Shown piece by piece: positions 1 to 10,530 of a stretch of 64,000 nucleotides of DNA. A model generated the notes under the pieces. It made no database searches, was not told the origin of the DNA, and saw only the letters and a list, made by a program, of their open reading frames with translations. This DNA is from Octopus bimaculoides (Eukaryota), in the NCBI RefSeq assembly GCF_001194135.2, contig NC_068993.1:32703415-32767414 (forward strand), given 5' to 3'. The position numbers and the translations under genes were made by a program. Within the stretch, counting starts at the first letter, position 1; each line of letters begins with the position of its first letter.

Positions 1-23
1 AAAAGAGCCACAAGCTGACTTAC

Positions 24-227
24 ATCATCGTCTGTTAAACATTCCTCAGCTGTAGGAGTTCTACCATAATCAAAATCTATCTGCACTTCATCACTTTCTT
101 CATCAGAAGACATTTTCAGTTTCTTAACAACGCTTTCTTTCTCTTCTTCCGGACTTTTCTTTTTCCGTTTCTTGCGCCAAACATGTGTGGTATGTACTGG
201 ACGAAAGAGTCGAGAAAATCGCAGGAC
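24..227 (-). CDS. TAF1: TAF1 coding exon 5 (gene continues off the left edge)
   Basis: Flanked by AG (plus ct 228-229) and GT (plus ac 22-23). 204 bp translating VLRFSRLFRPVHTTHVWRKKRKKK...EECLTDDD, which matches the TAF1 VLRFLRLF...WR...CLSDDE segment. Phase 0 at both ends. Confidence 0.92.
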
Positions 228-399
228 CTACAAGAATATAGACACATATATACATAGATACATATATGTGTGAGAAACAGCAAACAAACAGTAAAAAACT
301 CATAGACACACAAACACACACATCTGTTTCAGATTTAAATTGGTAAATAATTGAAATATATTTCTTTAAATAAAAATAAAGAAATAATATATAACATAC

Positions 400-767
400 C
401 TTTCCTGGTCTAAACTTGGGAAACAACTGCGTCACATCAACGCTTTCCAGTTCTTTTGGCAACATGGAAGCTAGCGGAGTATTCAATTTCTTTTTGGGTT
501 CATTCTCTTCACTGCTGGCACTGGTTGTCTGAGATGGAGGTTCTGTTTTTGGAAGAGTAACTGGACTAGTAATTTGTGATGTGGTATCGTTAATGCTGTC
601 TGTTTGAGATCTATTGGCAACATTATCAGCAGACAAGTCAGGTTCATCAAATTTAGGCCTCTCTAGTGGAGGCTGAGAATCTTCAAGATCCCCTCCAGGA
701 CCAGCATTGGTTGGTATCCAAGATGGAGGTGGCATCAGTCTTCTGTCTTTTGGGACTTCATTGGAAT
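400..767 (-). CDS. TAF1: TAF1 coding exon 4
   Basis: AG at plus 768-769, GT at plus 398-399. 368 bp (phase 1 to 0) encoding ...RRLMPPPSW...TPLASMLPKELESVDVTQLFPKFRPGK, matching TAF1 TPLA...VTELFPEFRPGK. Confidence 0.92.
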
Positions 768-894
768 CTTAAAAAGAAAATGATTAACTGATTAATTAAC
801 ATATAACTGTGATGATCAGAAGAGATGGCAAATCATGACAGCCTAAATTTGTTACATTGTTACAGCAGTTAGTGTGTCTCCTTCTCTCTCTCCA

Positions 895-932
<38 letters not shown>

Positions 933-938
933 TGGATA

Positions 939-1095
939 CTAGCAGACATACCCGGCACTGCTCAGGATTTAAACGGCATAGTTTGTATATATGGTACAGT
1001 CAAGTTGAAACCTGTGATACAGGGAAGTGCAACATTGACAGCAAAACATTAGCAGAGTAAATAAAGTGCTAATTCTACGAAATGACATGTCATGC
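939..1095 (-). mobile_element. Helitron 3' terminal fragment
   Basis: Minus strand ends ...cctgagcagtgccgggtatgtctgCTAG|T (GC hairpin plus CTAG). About 155 bp are homologous to the Helitron end at 37560-37714. Confidence 0.7.
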
Positions 1096-2232
1096 GAATT
1101 TGTGGTCATGGCCAAGTGAATTTGTGGTCATGGCCAATTGCCAGTGACAAATAAAAGGCACCTGTGCTAGTGACACATAAAAGACACTGTGCCAGTGACA
1201 AGTAAAAGGGCACCTGTACTGGTAACATGTAGAAGGCACCCTTGCTGGTGACACATAAAAGACACCCAGTACACTCTGTAAAGTGGTTGGCATCAGCAAG
1301 GGCATCCAGCTGTAGAAACCAGACCAAAGCAGACTGGCATAGCTCTCTGGCTTACCAGCTCCAGTCAAACCACCTAATCCATGTGAACATGGAAAATGGG
1401 CATTAAATGATGATGATGATAATCATCATCATCATCTACTTCTTGACATCAAAAGATCAGATCTCTGGATTCAGTTGTGCTGCCACACTTATCAAAATAT
1501 GTTTCAATCCCATGAAACTGTCATTTAATGCAAGTGAAAGGAGTCAAAGGTCTTTCTTAATCAACCCACAGAATGGACAAATTAAAGTGAGATCACAGCT
1601 GTAGCCTACACCAGTGTCGCATAACCACCCCACCTCACCCCACTCAAAAAGTACCTTTGGATCAGGGTGACATGCTGTGCTCGAGGAGACCGATTGAGTC
1701 AAGTACATCAACATCAAAATCAAATCAAACTACAATCAAATGGAAATTGGAGTTGTGGCTGATGCTTGTCTGGCTCCCGTGCCAGTGGCATGTAAAAGGT
1801 ACCATCCAAACATGGTTGATGTCATCCCCCTCACCCCGACTGGCTGCTGAGCTGGTGGCACGTAAAAAGCACCATTCTGAACATAGCTGATGCCAGCTCC
1901 ACCCTGACAGGCTCCCGTGCTAGTGACACATAAAAGCATCGTCCAAACATGGTCGGTGTCAACCCCCTCTGGCTCCCATGCCAGTGGCACATAAAAGCAC
2001 CATCAAAATGTGGTCGATGCCAGCCCCCTCTGGCCCCTGTGCCAGTGACAAGTAAAAAGCACCCACTACACTCTCAGAGTGGTTGGCATTAGGAAGGGCA
2101 TCCAGCTGTAGAAACACTGCCAGATCAGACTGGAGCCTGGTGCAGCCTCCTGACTTCCCAGACCCCAATCAAACCGTCCAACCCATGCCAGCATGGAAAA
2201 CAGACGTTAAATGATAATGATGATGGTGATGA
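1096..2232 (+). mobile_element. Two RTE-clade LINE 3' ends (about 1096-1435 and 1660-2232)
   Basis: Same 3' UTR as the RTE copies at 19490 and 44300: gccagtg...aaaagcacc subrepeats, catccagctgtagaaac, ccatgccagcatggaaa and a (GAT)n tail. Confidence 0.75.
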
Positions 2233-2249
2233 AGTATAGTAATACTTAC

Positions 2250-2372
2250 TATTCTGAAGCCCATGTAAATTCTCTATTGCCTCATTTGTCTTTGTTCCTT
2301 CTTCCTCTTCTTCTTCAACAACTTCACTGATGTCAGAAAAATCAACAGCATTTGCATCTTTCTTGTCATAAT
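2250..2372 (-). CDS. TAF1: TAF1 coding exon 3
   Basis: AG at plus 2373-2374, GT at plus 2248-2249. 123 bp, YDKKDANAVDFSDISEVVEEE, matching TAF1 AVDYSDINEVAE. Phases are consistent with both neighbours. Confidence 0.92.
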
Positions 2373-2589
2373 CTAAAGAAGACAAGAAATAACAATAACT
2401 TAGATTGGTACATGACAAACAGAAATAAATTTATAAGGGAAGGGTCAAAGTCAATTGAATCAATCCCTAGGATATATCTGGGATTTTAATTTTGTCAACA
2501 ACAACAGAAGGACAAAAGACAAAAATCAATAGAATGCATTTGTCAATCATGAATTCTTTTGGATATATTTTCTAAGATATAAGTTACAT

Positions 2590-2790
2590 GATGATGATGA
2601 TGATGATGACGATGACGATGACGATGATGATGATGATGACGGTTTCTGATTTAGACACAAGGCTAGTAATTTTGAGTGGTGGGTGAGTAGATATAATTGA
2701 CTCCAGTATTTTAACTGGCATTTTATCAACCTTGAAACCTTGAAAGGTTGCAAGATAAAGTTGACCTCAGCAGTCAGAACAAACATAGGA
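2590..2790 (-). mobile_element. tRNA-derived SINE (family A) with trinucleotide tail
   Basis: Reverse complement of the gttc..aa / tttgcctttcatcc / ccttgtg SINE; (GAT/GAC)n array at 2588-2640. Confidence 0.6.
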
Positions 2791-3252
2791 CAATTTTTCT
2801 ACTTTTTAATGATTCTGTCAATCAATACTTTATTTGCCATCAAGGACTCATACAGACAGAGATAGTGGCTAAAAACATGTGAGGGCAGACAAAGCAGGGT
2901 TATATAAAACAAGGGAAGGAGCTGAGACATTATGCAATAAATAATTAGACATGTTAAAAATTTGATGTAAATTAAATACACAGAATAAATAATTATATAA
3001 AAAGAGACAATAAATATGAAAAGATATCATTTGAGAACATGGAAAACATTTAGAGTAATCCAGTCATAGATAGGTAAGAACCCACCAACTGGGTTGGGTC
3101 AGAGCACCTCATTAATCTGCCTATCTACTACTCATTATATTGGAAACAGGTACCCCAAAATTATTCTGAAAGCATTTTCTGAATAAGTTGAACCTTGAAG
3201 GGCCTTTTATCTCCTGGGGTAGAGTCTTGTAAATATTTACAAACTGTTATTA

Positions 3253-4140
3253 CATGGTCTGATCAATGAGTATCCAGACTGTTGCTATAGTAATGAACCT
3301 AAAGCACACAGAGTGAAGCTGCTTGGTACAGATTGACCTTGAACTCTGCCATGCATGCGTACTAAATTTGAACGTTCTAGCTCACTTCCACTGTTTACAG
3401 CAGTACTTGGAAGAAAGGTGTGTAGTGTGTGATCATCGCATGCACCATGACAGAGAATGTTGAGCAGAGAATATGCATCAAATTTTGCCAAAAGCTTGGC
3501 GATACCTGCTCAGAGGCCTACGGAAAGTTTTCAAAAAGATTTCATCATTCTTGACACAATCAAGATCTTGGGCAACTGAAACCCGAGTGTCTTTCTGGTC
3601 AGCTGAAAGCAATTTTGGCACAAATTTGGCAGACACGCATCTCATACCCAAACCTTCAGTGATAATGGACTGAACCATAACTAATCTGCACACCCTCTGA
3701 TAACTCACAGATGGTGATTCGATGATTTCTCCTTACAGCTGCATGCACATCTGTGATATTTTTCTCAGTTCTGCTGGCTGTGAGTTTCCCAGAACGTTCG
3801 TTAATATCAACATTTTTTTCAGCCATCTTGGAAACGTCTGAACCGCTCGTACACTTGTGTGTGGCTCATAAACTGCTCTCCATACACTTTCTGCAACTTT
3901 GTGTAGATCTCTGAATAAGTATTGCCATGACAGCTTTCTCTATCATGGTCACTGCGATAATCACACGCTACACACCTTCCTTCCAAGCACTGATGTAAAC
4001 AGCAGAAGTGGGGTAGAATGTTAAAACTTAGTTCTTCATGCACAGCAGAGTTAAAGGTCAATGTGTACCAAGTGGCTTCATTCTGCATGCTTTAGCTTCG
4101 TTACTATGGCAACAGTCCAGATACTTATTGATCAGACTAA
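3253..4140. mobile_element. Mariner-derived fold-back element (two 5' ends in inverted orientation)
   Basis: Left arm 3253-~3535 (TIR, UTR, ...EQRICIKFC...) is the reverse complement of the right arm ~3890-4140. Minus-strand transposase remnants include GMRCVSAKFVPKLL. TA at 3251-3252. Confidence 0.75.
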
Positions 4141-5499
4141 AGACTTGTGGTCTTTAGTACTTTCTATATTTTGTACATATAGGCCAGAAGAGCCTATACA
4201 TACAAATAAAATCTTATATAAGAGGTTACAAAAATGTTTAAGGAAGGGTAAAACAAAGTTACATCAAAAAGAAAGGTGGGCTAAGGATATTATACAATAA
4301 ACATTTTTTAAAAATCCAATATAAATTAAAAACACAGAATAATTATTCGATTACATAAAACACAATAGTTTATATGAAACATCATTTGGATAACCATCCC
4401 CTCTGCACACACATATTAAAGGGTGAGAATCCTCCACCTGGGTCAGATTAGAGCTACCCACAGCTGTGATCTTTTCCTTCACCCAATTTTTTCGTCTGGC
4501 CTCAACATCAATATAATGGCTTGGTCCAAAATGCCTAAGGGCGATTTTAAAGTCTGAATGGCTAAGAAAAGACCTATGTCCAGGTAATGGTTTATGTAAA
4601 CTCCTTTATATTATGGTTCCCCAGTTGCCAATAATGTCTAGTGTTTTCCATCTGAATGAAGCTCATCTACTCAGAAATCTGTATTGGATTTATCCTAAGA
4701 TAATCATATAGCTGCATTATGTAGTCCATCAGCTTTTCAATTGTTGTGCAACCAACTGTGAATTTCAATGTGACATGGAGGGGAGGGGGATTCTTCTTAC
4801 ACAATTTATTTGCTTGGAGAGTGTTTTTTGAAGCGGGGAGGATTTTTTCCATCTCTTGCCTTTCTCACTGACACTACCATTCTGCTACCGCTACTCACTT
4901 TCAGTTTCTTCTTTGTTGCTAATGGTTATGGCTGGTAAGTGGAGTACTTTGGTATTCTGGTCAACTCTTGGAACTAGGGATGAAACAATCTCTTTGATGT
5001 TTCTAGAGCTGCATTTGGCGGTGTCCTAGAAACAGCTGCATTAATGATCTGCCATCATATGAGTTTTTTCTTCTTTTCCTGGTTTTAGTTTCTCCAGCAA
5101 TTTGGGGCAGAAAGCACTTAAATGACCTTCACTGAATGACCAGTTGTAAAATCTTTCTCTCAGTACACATTACAGGTCACACCTTCAGAACTGCTTTGTG
5201 ATCCATACAGACCTCACCCAACTACATACTCCCAAAAATAATGTCAATGCTGACCGTCTGCCTATATTGAGACAGTAACAGATTACTAATGACGATAGCC
5301 ATAGGTACATGCTAGAAAATAGCAATACTTGGATCTGTAAATATTGCTGAGCCTTTCTCATACAGAATTAGACACTTTTATGAACATTTCCCAAGATGTA
5401 CCAAATTTTTGTTTTAAAACAGCAAATAGTTGAAGTATTTCTCCAAGTAAGAGTAGTAACAAAAATGAAATGGTTGGAATTAAAATATCCGCAACTTAC

Positions 5500-5620
5500 T
5501 TTCAAATGATCCATCATCTCTTTCAACAGTTTGTTCAGCTGTTGGATCATCGGTAATCTCTTTAACCATTGATTCAAACCGACTGAGTGAGCTTAAAGAA
5601 TTGAGGTGCTTCTTGGATTC
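5500..5620 (-). CDS. TAF1: TAF1 coding exon 2
   Basis: AG at plus 5621-5622, GT at plus 5498-5499. 121 bp, ESKKHLNSLSSLSRFESMVKEITDD, matching the TAND segment [22 protein letters not shown]. Confidence 0.9.
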
Positions 5621-5638
5621 CTAAAACAGATAATAATG

Positions 5639-5669
<31 letters not shown>

Positions 5670-5672
<3 letters not shown>

Positions 5673-6407
5673 CGATTCTGACCTTAAATGCAGATTCTGT
5701 GACACATTCGACAAAACAATAGACCATCTTGTCTCAGGTTTGGTGCTGACACCAAACAAATACAAGGATTGTCACGAAAATGTAGGACAATATTTACATT
5801 GGAAAATATGTAAACACTACAAAATCGGCACTCCTGCTTGCTGGTATGAACATCATCTTGAGACAGTCGTTGAAGGTAAAAATGTCACTATCCTCTGGGA
5901 GTTTCCAGTCAACACTGACAGAATGACCCAGGCTAATCGATCGGGCATAATTATTAAAGACAGGAAAGAAAATACTTGTAGATTAATAGATGTAAGTGTT
6001 CCCACTGATAAAAATATATTGAAAGGAATTTGACAAATTAAGTAAATATAAGGACCTGGAAATTGAAATACAAAAGATGTGGCATCTTAAAGTGAGAACT
6101 GTTCCTGTTATTGTGGGTGCCCAAGGTATGATAAAAAAAGGGATATCAGAAACATCTAGATAAGATCCCAGGAGAACCATGTCCCAGAGAAATCCAAAAG
6201 ATTGTGCTGACAAGTACTGCCCATATCCATAGAAAAACCCTATCCATTTAAATGACTGTGTTGTATTACATGAACATATTTTGCTACTGTTCCTGCCACT
6301 TCCCCACCCCAAGCTTTCAGTCATACTGTTACATCTCTTATCCTTCACTTGCTCTAGGACGCTGGGTGTGACTTGGCAAGTGATTGTAACAAACATGCAG
6401 ATTAAAA
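5670..6407 (+). mobile_element. 5'-truncated Dong/R4-clade non-LTR retrotransposon
   Basis: CRFC..TIDHL zinc finger, LHWKICKHY, WE.PVNTD, IDVSVP (restriction-like endonuclease region). (AAT)n on both sides (5630-5669 and 6409-6445). Confidence 0.85.
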
Positions 6408-6444
<37 letters not shown>

Positions 6445-6445
6445 T

Positions 6446-7042
6446 GATTTCAGATTTTGGCACAAGGCCAGCAATTTCAGAAGAAGTAAGCTGATTACAT
6501 TGATCTTAGAGTGCAATTGGTACTTATTCCACTGACCCCAAAAGGATGAAAGTCAAAGTCAACCTCAGCAACATTTGAACTCAGAGCGTAAAGATGGACA
6601 AAATGCCACTAAGTTGAGTGAGCATGCTAATGTTTCTGCCAGCTTGCATAAGGCCAAGGCCAGCAATTTGGAGCAGACAGGGTGCAAGTAAATGAAATCA
6701 ACCATCGTACTTGACTGATACTTTATTTTATTGACCCTGAAAAGCTGAAAGACAAAGCTAACAACCTTGCTGGAATAATAATAACAATAATAATTATTAT
6801 TTCTTTATTTATAAAGGCAGTGAGCTGGGAGAATTGTTAGCACTCTGGATAAAATGCTTAGTGACATTTCATCCAGTCTAACATTCTGAGTTCAAATTCT
6901 GCCAAGGTCAATTTTGCTTTCTATCCTTTTGGGGTCAATGAAATATGTACCAGTTACACTCCAGGATCAATGTAATTGACTTGCTCCCTCCCCCAAAATT
7001 TCAGGTCTTCTGCCTATAGTAAAAAGGATTATTTCTTTATTT
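6446..7042. mobile_element. Cluster of family A SINEs: two minus copies (6446-6775) and one plus copy (6811-7027)
   Basis: The plus copy has A-box/B-box-like tggcagaat/gagttcaaattc and a 15-bp TSD attatttctttattt (6796-6810 and 7028-7042). Confidence 0.75.
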
Positions 7043-7239
7043 GCCAAAAGAGCAATAGATGATGAGACATTAGAAGAAAAAACTGCAATAATAGTGACAA
7101 AGGGTTTACAATAAAACTCAAAATAAAGGTGAAACAAAAGTTTTACCTTGACATTAAACGTTCTAACGAAGGAAGGTTAACTAACTAGAAACAACCAAGG
7201 AACCACTGCAAATTCAAGCACACTTTGATTACCAAAGTT

Positions 7240-7381
7240 AGAACATCCAGCTGCAGAAACCAAGCCAAAACAGACCATGGAACCTGGTGCAGCCCCTGGC
7301 CTTGCCGGTTCCTGTCAAGCCATCCAACCCATGCCAGCATGGAAAGCAGATGTTAAATGTTGATGTTGATGATGATGATGA
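7240..7381 (+). mobile_element. RTE LINE 3' end
   Basis: catccagctgcagaaacc...ccatgccagcatggaaagcagatgttaaa followed by (GAT)n. Confidence 0.7.
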
Positions 7382-7442
7382 CAGACTTGCCACTCTCACT
7401 TACTATTCAGCAAATTGACAATCTGCTCTATAAAGTGATTAA

Positions 7443-7662
7443 CCCTTTAGTGTTTAAAATCACCATATCTGACTAAAATACTCCGGCTGTTTTATGTTCA
7501 AAATGACAAGATACAGCCTCTCACACCTACTCTACAATGTCATTCTAAAAATAAACAATCACATCATGAAAATCTCAAAGCTACAAAATAATGCACACTT
7601 AATTCAAAACGATACAAATAAACTTGCATTACATTTGACAGAATAATCTGAATGCGCAAGGG
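7443..7662. mobile_element. piggyBac-type MITE (second truncated, inverted copy at about 8322-8510)
   Basis: TTAA|CCCTTTAG...GCAAGGG|TTTAA termini. The copy at 8322 begins TTAA|CCCTTTAGCATTCAGAT, matching the right end of this copy reversed. Confidence 0.55.
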
Positions 7663-8122
7663 TTTAAAGAGATTGGAGATGTGGGTCAAGAGAACTCTTC
7701 AATCATGTTAAGGTCATGGTAATTTTCTCTAGTGCTAGTGTCACAATAAAATGCATCCAGTGCACTCTGTTAAATGTGGATTTGTGAAATCACTTTAGTT
7801 GCAGAAAATAGCCTCTTTAGTGCTGATGCGCAATATAATGCACCCATTAGATTCAGTAAAGAGGTTGGTATTTGGAAGGGCTTCTAGCTGTGGACACAAG
7901 CAATGAATGACTGTGACACTAGGAAGACAAGGCTAATGATAGACAATTTTCATAAAACATTTGAAATCAAACATGAAAATAATGATGTACATATGTAACT
8001 CAGTTTTACAACAGATACACCATGCCCTTACATACCTAAGAGGTTGACAGGTTGGTGAGAGGAAGAGTAACTGACTGAAAAACTCTTCTTTAGAAACCAA
8101 TCTGGCCCATGCCAGATGTAAA

Positions 8123-8210
8123 ATGATGATGAGGAGGAGGAGGACGACGACGACGACGAGGACAACGACGATGAGGAGGACGAGGACGAGGACGAGGACG
8201 AGGAGGAGAG
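8123..8210. repeat. Compound (GAT)/(GAG)/(GAC) microsatellite
   Basis: Directly visible; follows a degraded RTE 3' end (ccatgccagatgtaaaatgatgat). Confidence 0.8.
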
Positions 8211-9137
8211 GGTTCAAGTTACTAGAAGACAATGAAGTATTTTAGTTGTTATTTTGTTGCTAAAGATGTTGGGATTGAGAAGAGACAATATGAGGGATCA
8301 ACAATTTAATGATTATATTAACCCTTTAGCATTCAGATTCTTCTGTTAAAAGTAATACTTGTTTATTCACATTATTTTGAAATGATCATGCAGTGATTTC
8401 AATGATGTAATTGCTTATTTTTAGAATAACATTGTAGTGTAGACTTGAAAAGCTGGATCTGACCAGTTTGAGGAAGAATATTTGAGCCATATATGGTTGG
8501 TTTAAATCACTCTTTTATTACTTTTAATTTTTGGACTGTGGCTATGCTGGAGCATCACTTTCGTGCTGAGGCATCACATTTTCTTTTTTTTTAGTCAGTT
8601 ATATTAAACATTTGTATCACAGTTTTTAGAATAGACACACTGTATCTCCACATGTTGTAAGACAAAAGTAAGGGTTAATATCAGGAAGAGTATATGGATC
8701 AGCCTCAGAATGTAACCCCAACCCTTGCCAGATGTAAAACTGATGAAACAATAATGATAATATCAACCTTCTTACTTAGTCTAGTACAACTTAATTTATC
8801 TAGCTCTATTTACTGAGTGGCTAAGTCCACCTTCATGCAAATGAATATAACTCAATAACTAAATACAAGCTAATTTTTCTACACACACACATACACAAAA
8901 ACACACACGCATGCGCACACAGGCATGCACGGACACACACACACACACACATCTGACAAGTTTCTGCAATTTTCATCAACAAAATATCACTTATAAGGCA
9001 ATAGTCAAGCTGAAGCTAACATTGAAGATCAAATCTAGAAACACTTGGTTGGCAAAGTATCCTCCTTAACCACACAATCATGTGTGGCACCCAGAAATAT
9101 GAAATTAGATAAATATTGTTATCATTGTTATGGTTAC

Positions 9138-9263
9138 CTCATCCAAGAAGTCCTCTTCAAGTTCTCCTTTCTCATCAATGTTTCCAAATAGGAAACCAGT
9201 GAGGCAGGATATTGTTGATGATGTGACATCAGTCTGATCATCATGTTCTTCTTCACTGTCCAT
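9138..9263 (-). CDS. TAF1: TAF1 first coding exon (start codon, TAND1)
   Basis: ATG at plus cat 9261-9263. MDSEEEHDDQ...LTGFLFGNIDEKGELEEDFLDE matches TAF1 LAGFLFGNI..G.LE...LD. GT donor at plus 9136-9137. An acceptor AG 6 nt upstream of the ATG (plus ct 9270-9271) implies a non-coding upstream exon. Confidence 0.92.
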
Positions 9264-9300
9264 TGTCCACTGGTAAATGCATCAGTTCAGATTGCTGCAG

Positions 9301-9301
<1 letters not shown>

Positions 9302-9339
<38 letters not shown>

Positions 9340-9376
9340 TAATAACAATAATAATAATAATAATAACAATAATAAC

Positions 9377-9415
<39 letters not shown>

Positions 9416-9451
9416 CATAACAATAATAACAATAATAATAATAACAATAAA

Positions 9452-9490
<39 letters not shown>

Positions 9491-9540
9491 CATAATAACA
9501 ATAACAACAACAAGCAGCAGCAGCAACAACAACAACAAAA
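9302..9540. repeat. Long (AAT)n microsatellite grading into (AAC)/(CAG)
   Basis: Directly visible; source of the spurious poly-N/poly-I ORFs. Confidence 0.95.
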
Positions 9541-10436
9541 GCTGTAAAACAACTGAAATCCGAATTAAAACTGGAACAGCAACAGATCATGATAAAACAA
9601 TGGCAAGAAAAGCCCCTACATGGCAAATACTGGGTTAAACTAAACGCAAAAGAAATAGACAAAGCCAAATCCCAACAATGGCTGAGAAGCTCAGGACTCA
9701 AAGCAGAGATTGAAGGATTTTTAATTGCTGCACAAGACCAAAGCCTCCCCACCAGAAATTACCAAAGACATATAATGAAAAGAAACATAACAAGTAACTG
9801 CAGAATATGTGGCGATGGACAAGAAACAATAAATCATATTATCTCTGGCTGCCCAGTCCTGGCTAAGAAGGAATATATTCACAGACACGACAGAGCTGGG
9901 ACCTATATACACTGGAAGCTATGCCAACACTATGGAATAACAACAGAAAAAAGATGGTATAGGCACACACCAGAAAAGGTCACAGAAAATGAGAAAGCAA
10001 CAATACTATGGGATATGCCAATACACACAGATAGAGAAATTAAGGCTAATAGGCCAGATATCATCAAAGAAAAAAATGCTTTCTAATTGATGTATCAATA
10101 TCAACAGATGACAACATTTCTCTAAAAAATACAAAGACCTGGAAATAGAGGTAACTCAAATGTAGAGTCTAAAAACAGAAACAATTCCTATCATAGTGGA
10201 CACATTAGGTATGATAAAAAAAAATATTCAGACAAATACATAACTAAAACACCAGGACTAACAAATATATATAACATACAGAAAATAGCACTACTAGGTA
10301 CCACACACATCCTACATAAAACACTTTCAATACAGTAACTATAAGAGCGTCACAACAAACTACAGCACATACCCAAGGCGCACACACAGAGCTGCACTCG
10401 GTAGTAGAGTAAAAGCACATTATAAAAATAAGACTA

Positions 10437-10437
<1 letters not shown>
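9531..10437 (+). mobile_element. 5'-truncated Dong/R4 non-LTR retrotransposon (young subfamily)
   Basis: KPLHG, IAAQDQ, CRICG...HIISGC (CCHC), RHD, RPDII motifs. 3' end aagactactg followed by (AAT)n 10440-10530. Confidence 0.9.
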
Positions 10438-10505
<68 letters not shown>

Positions 10506-10530
10506 TAATAATAATAATAATAATAATAAT

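Noticed and set aside
124-735. 203-aa ORF as a complete gene
   Set aside because: It is TAF1 exon 4 read through into the intron; homology stops at the GT donor at 399.
9243-9638. Poly-Ile, poly-Asn and poly-Gln ORFs
   Set aside because: These are translations of an (AAT)n microsatellite in a TAF1 intron; the same applies to 7933-8232 and 10434-10742.
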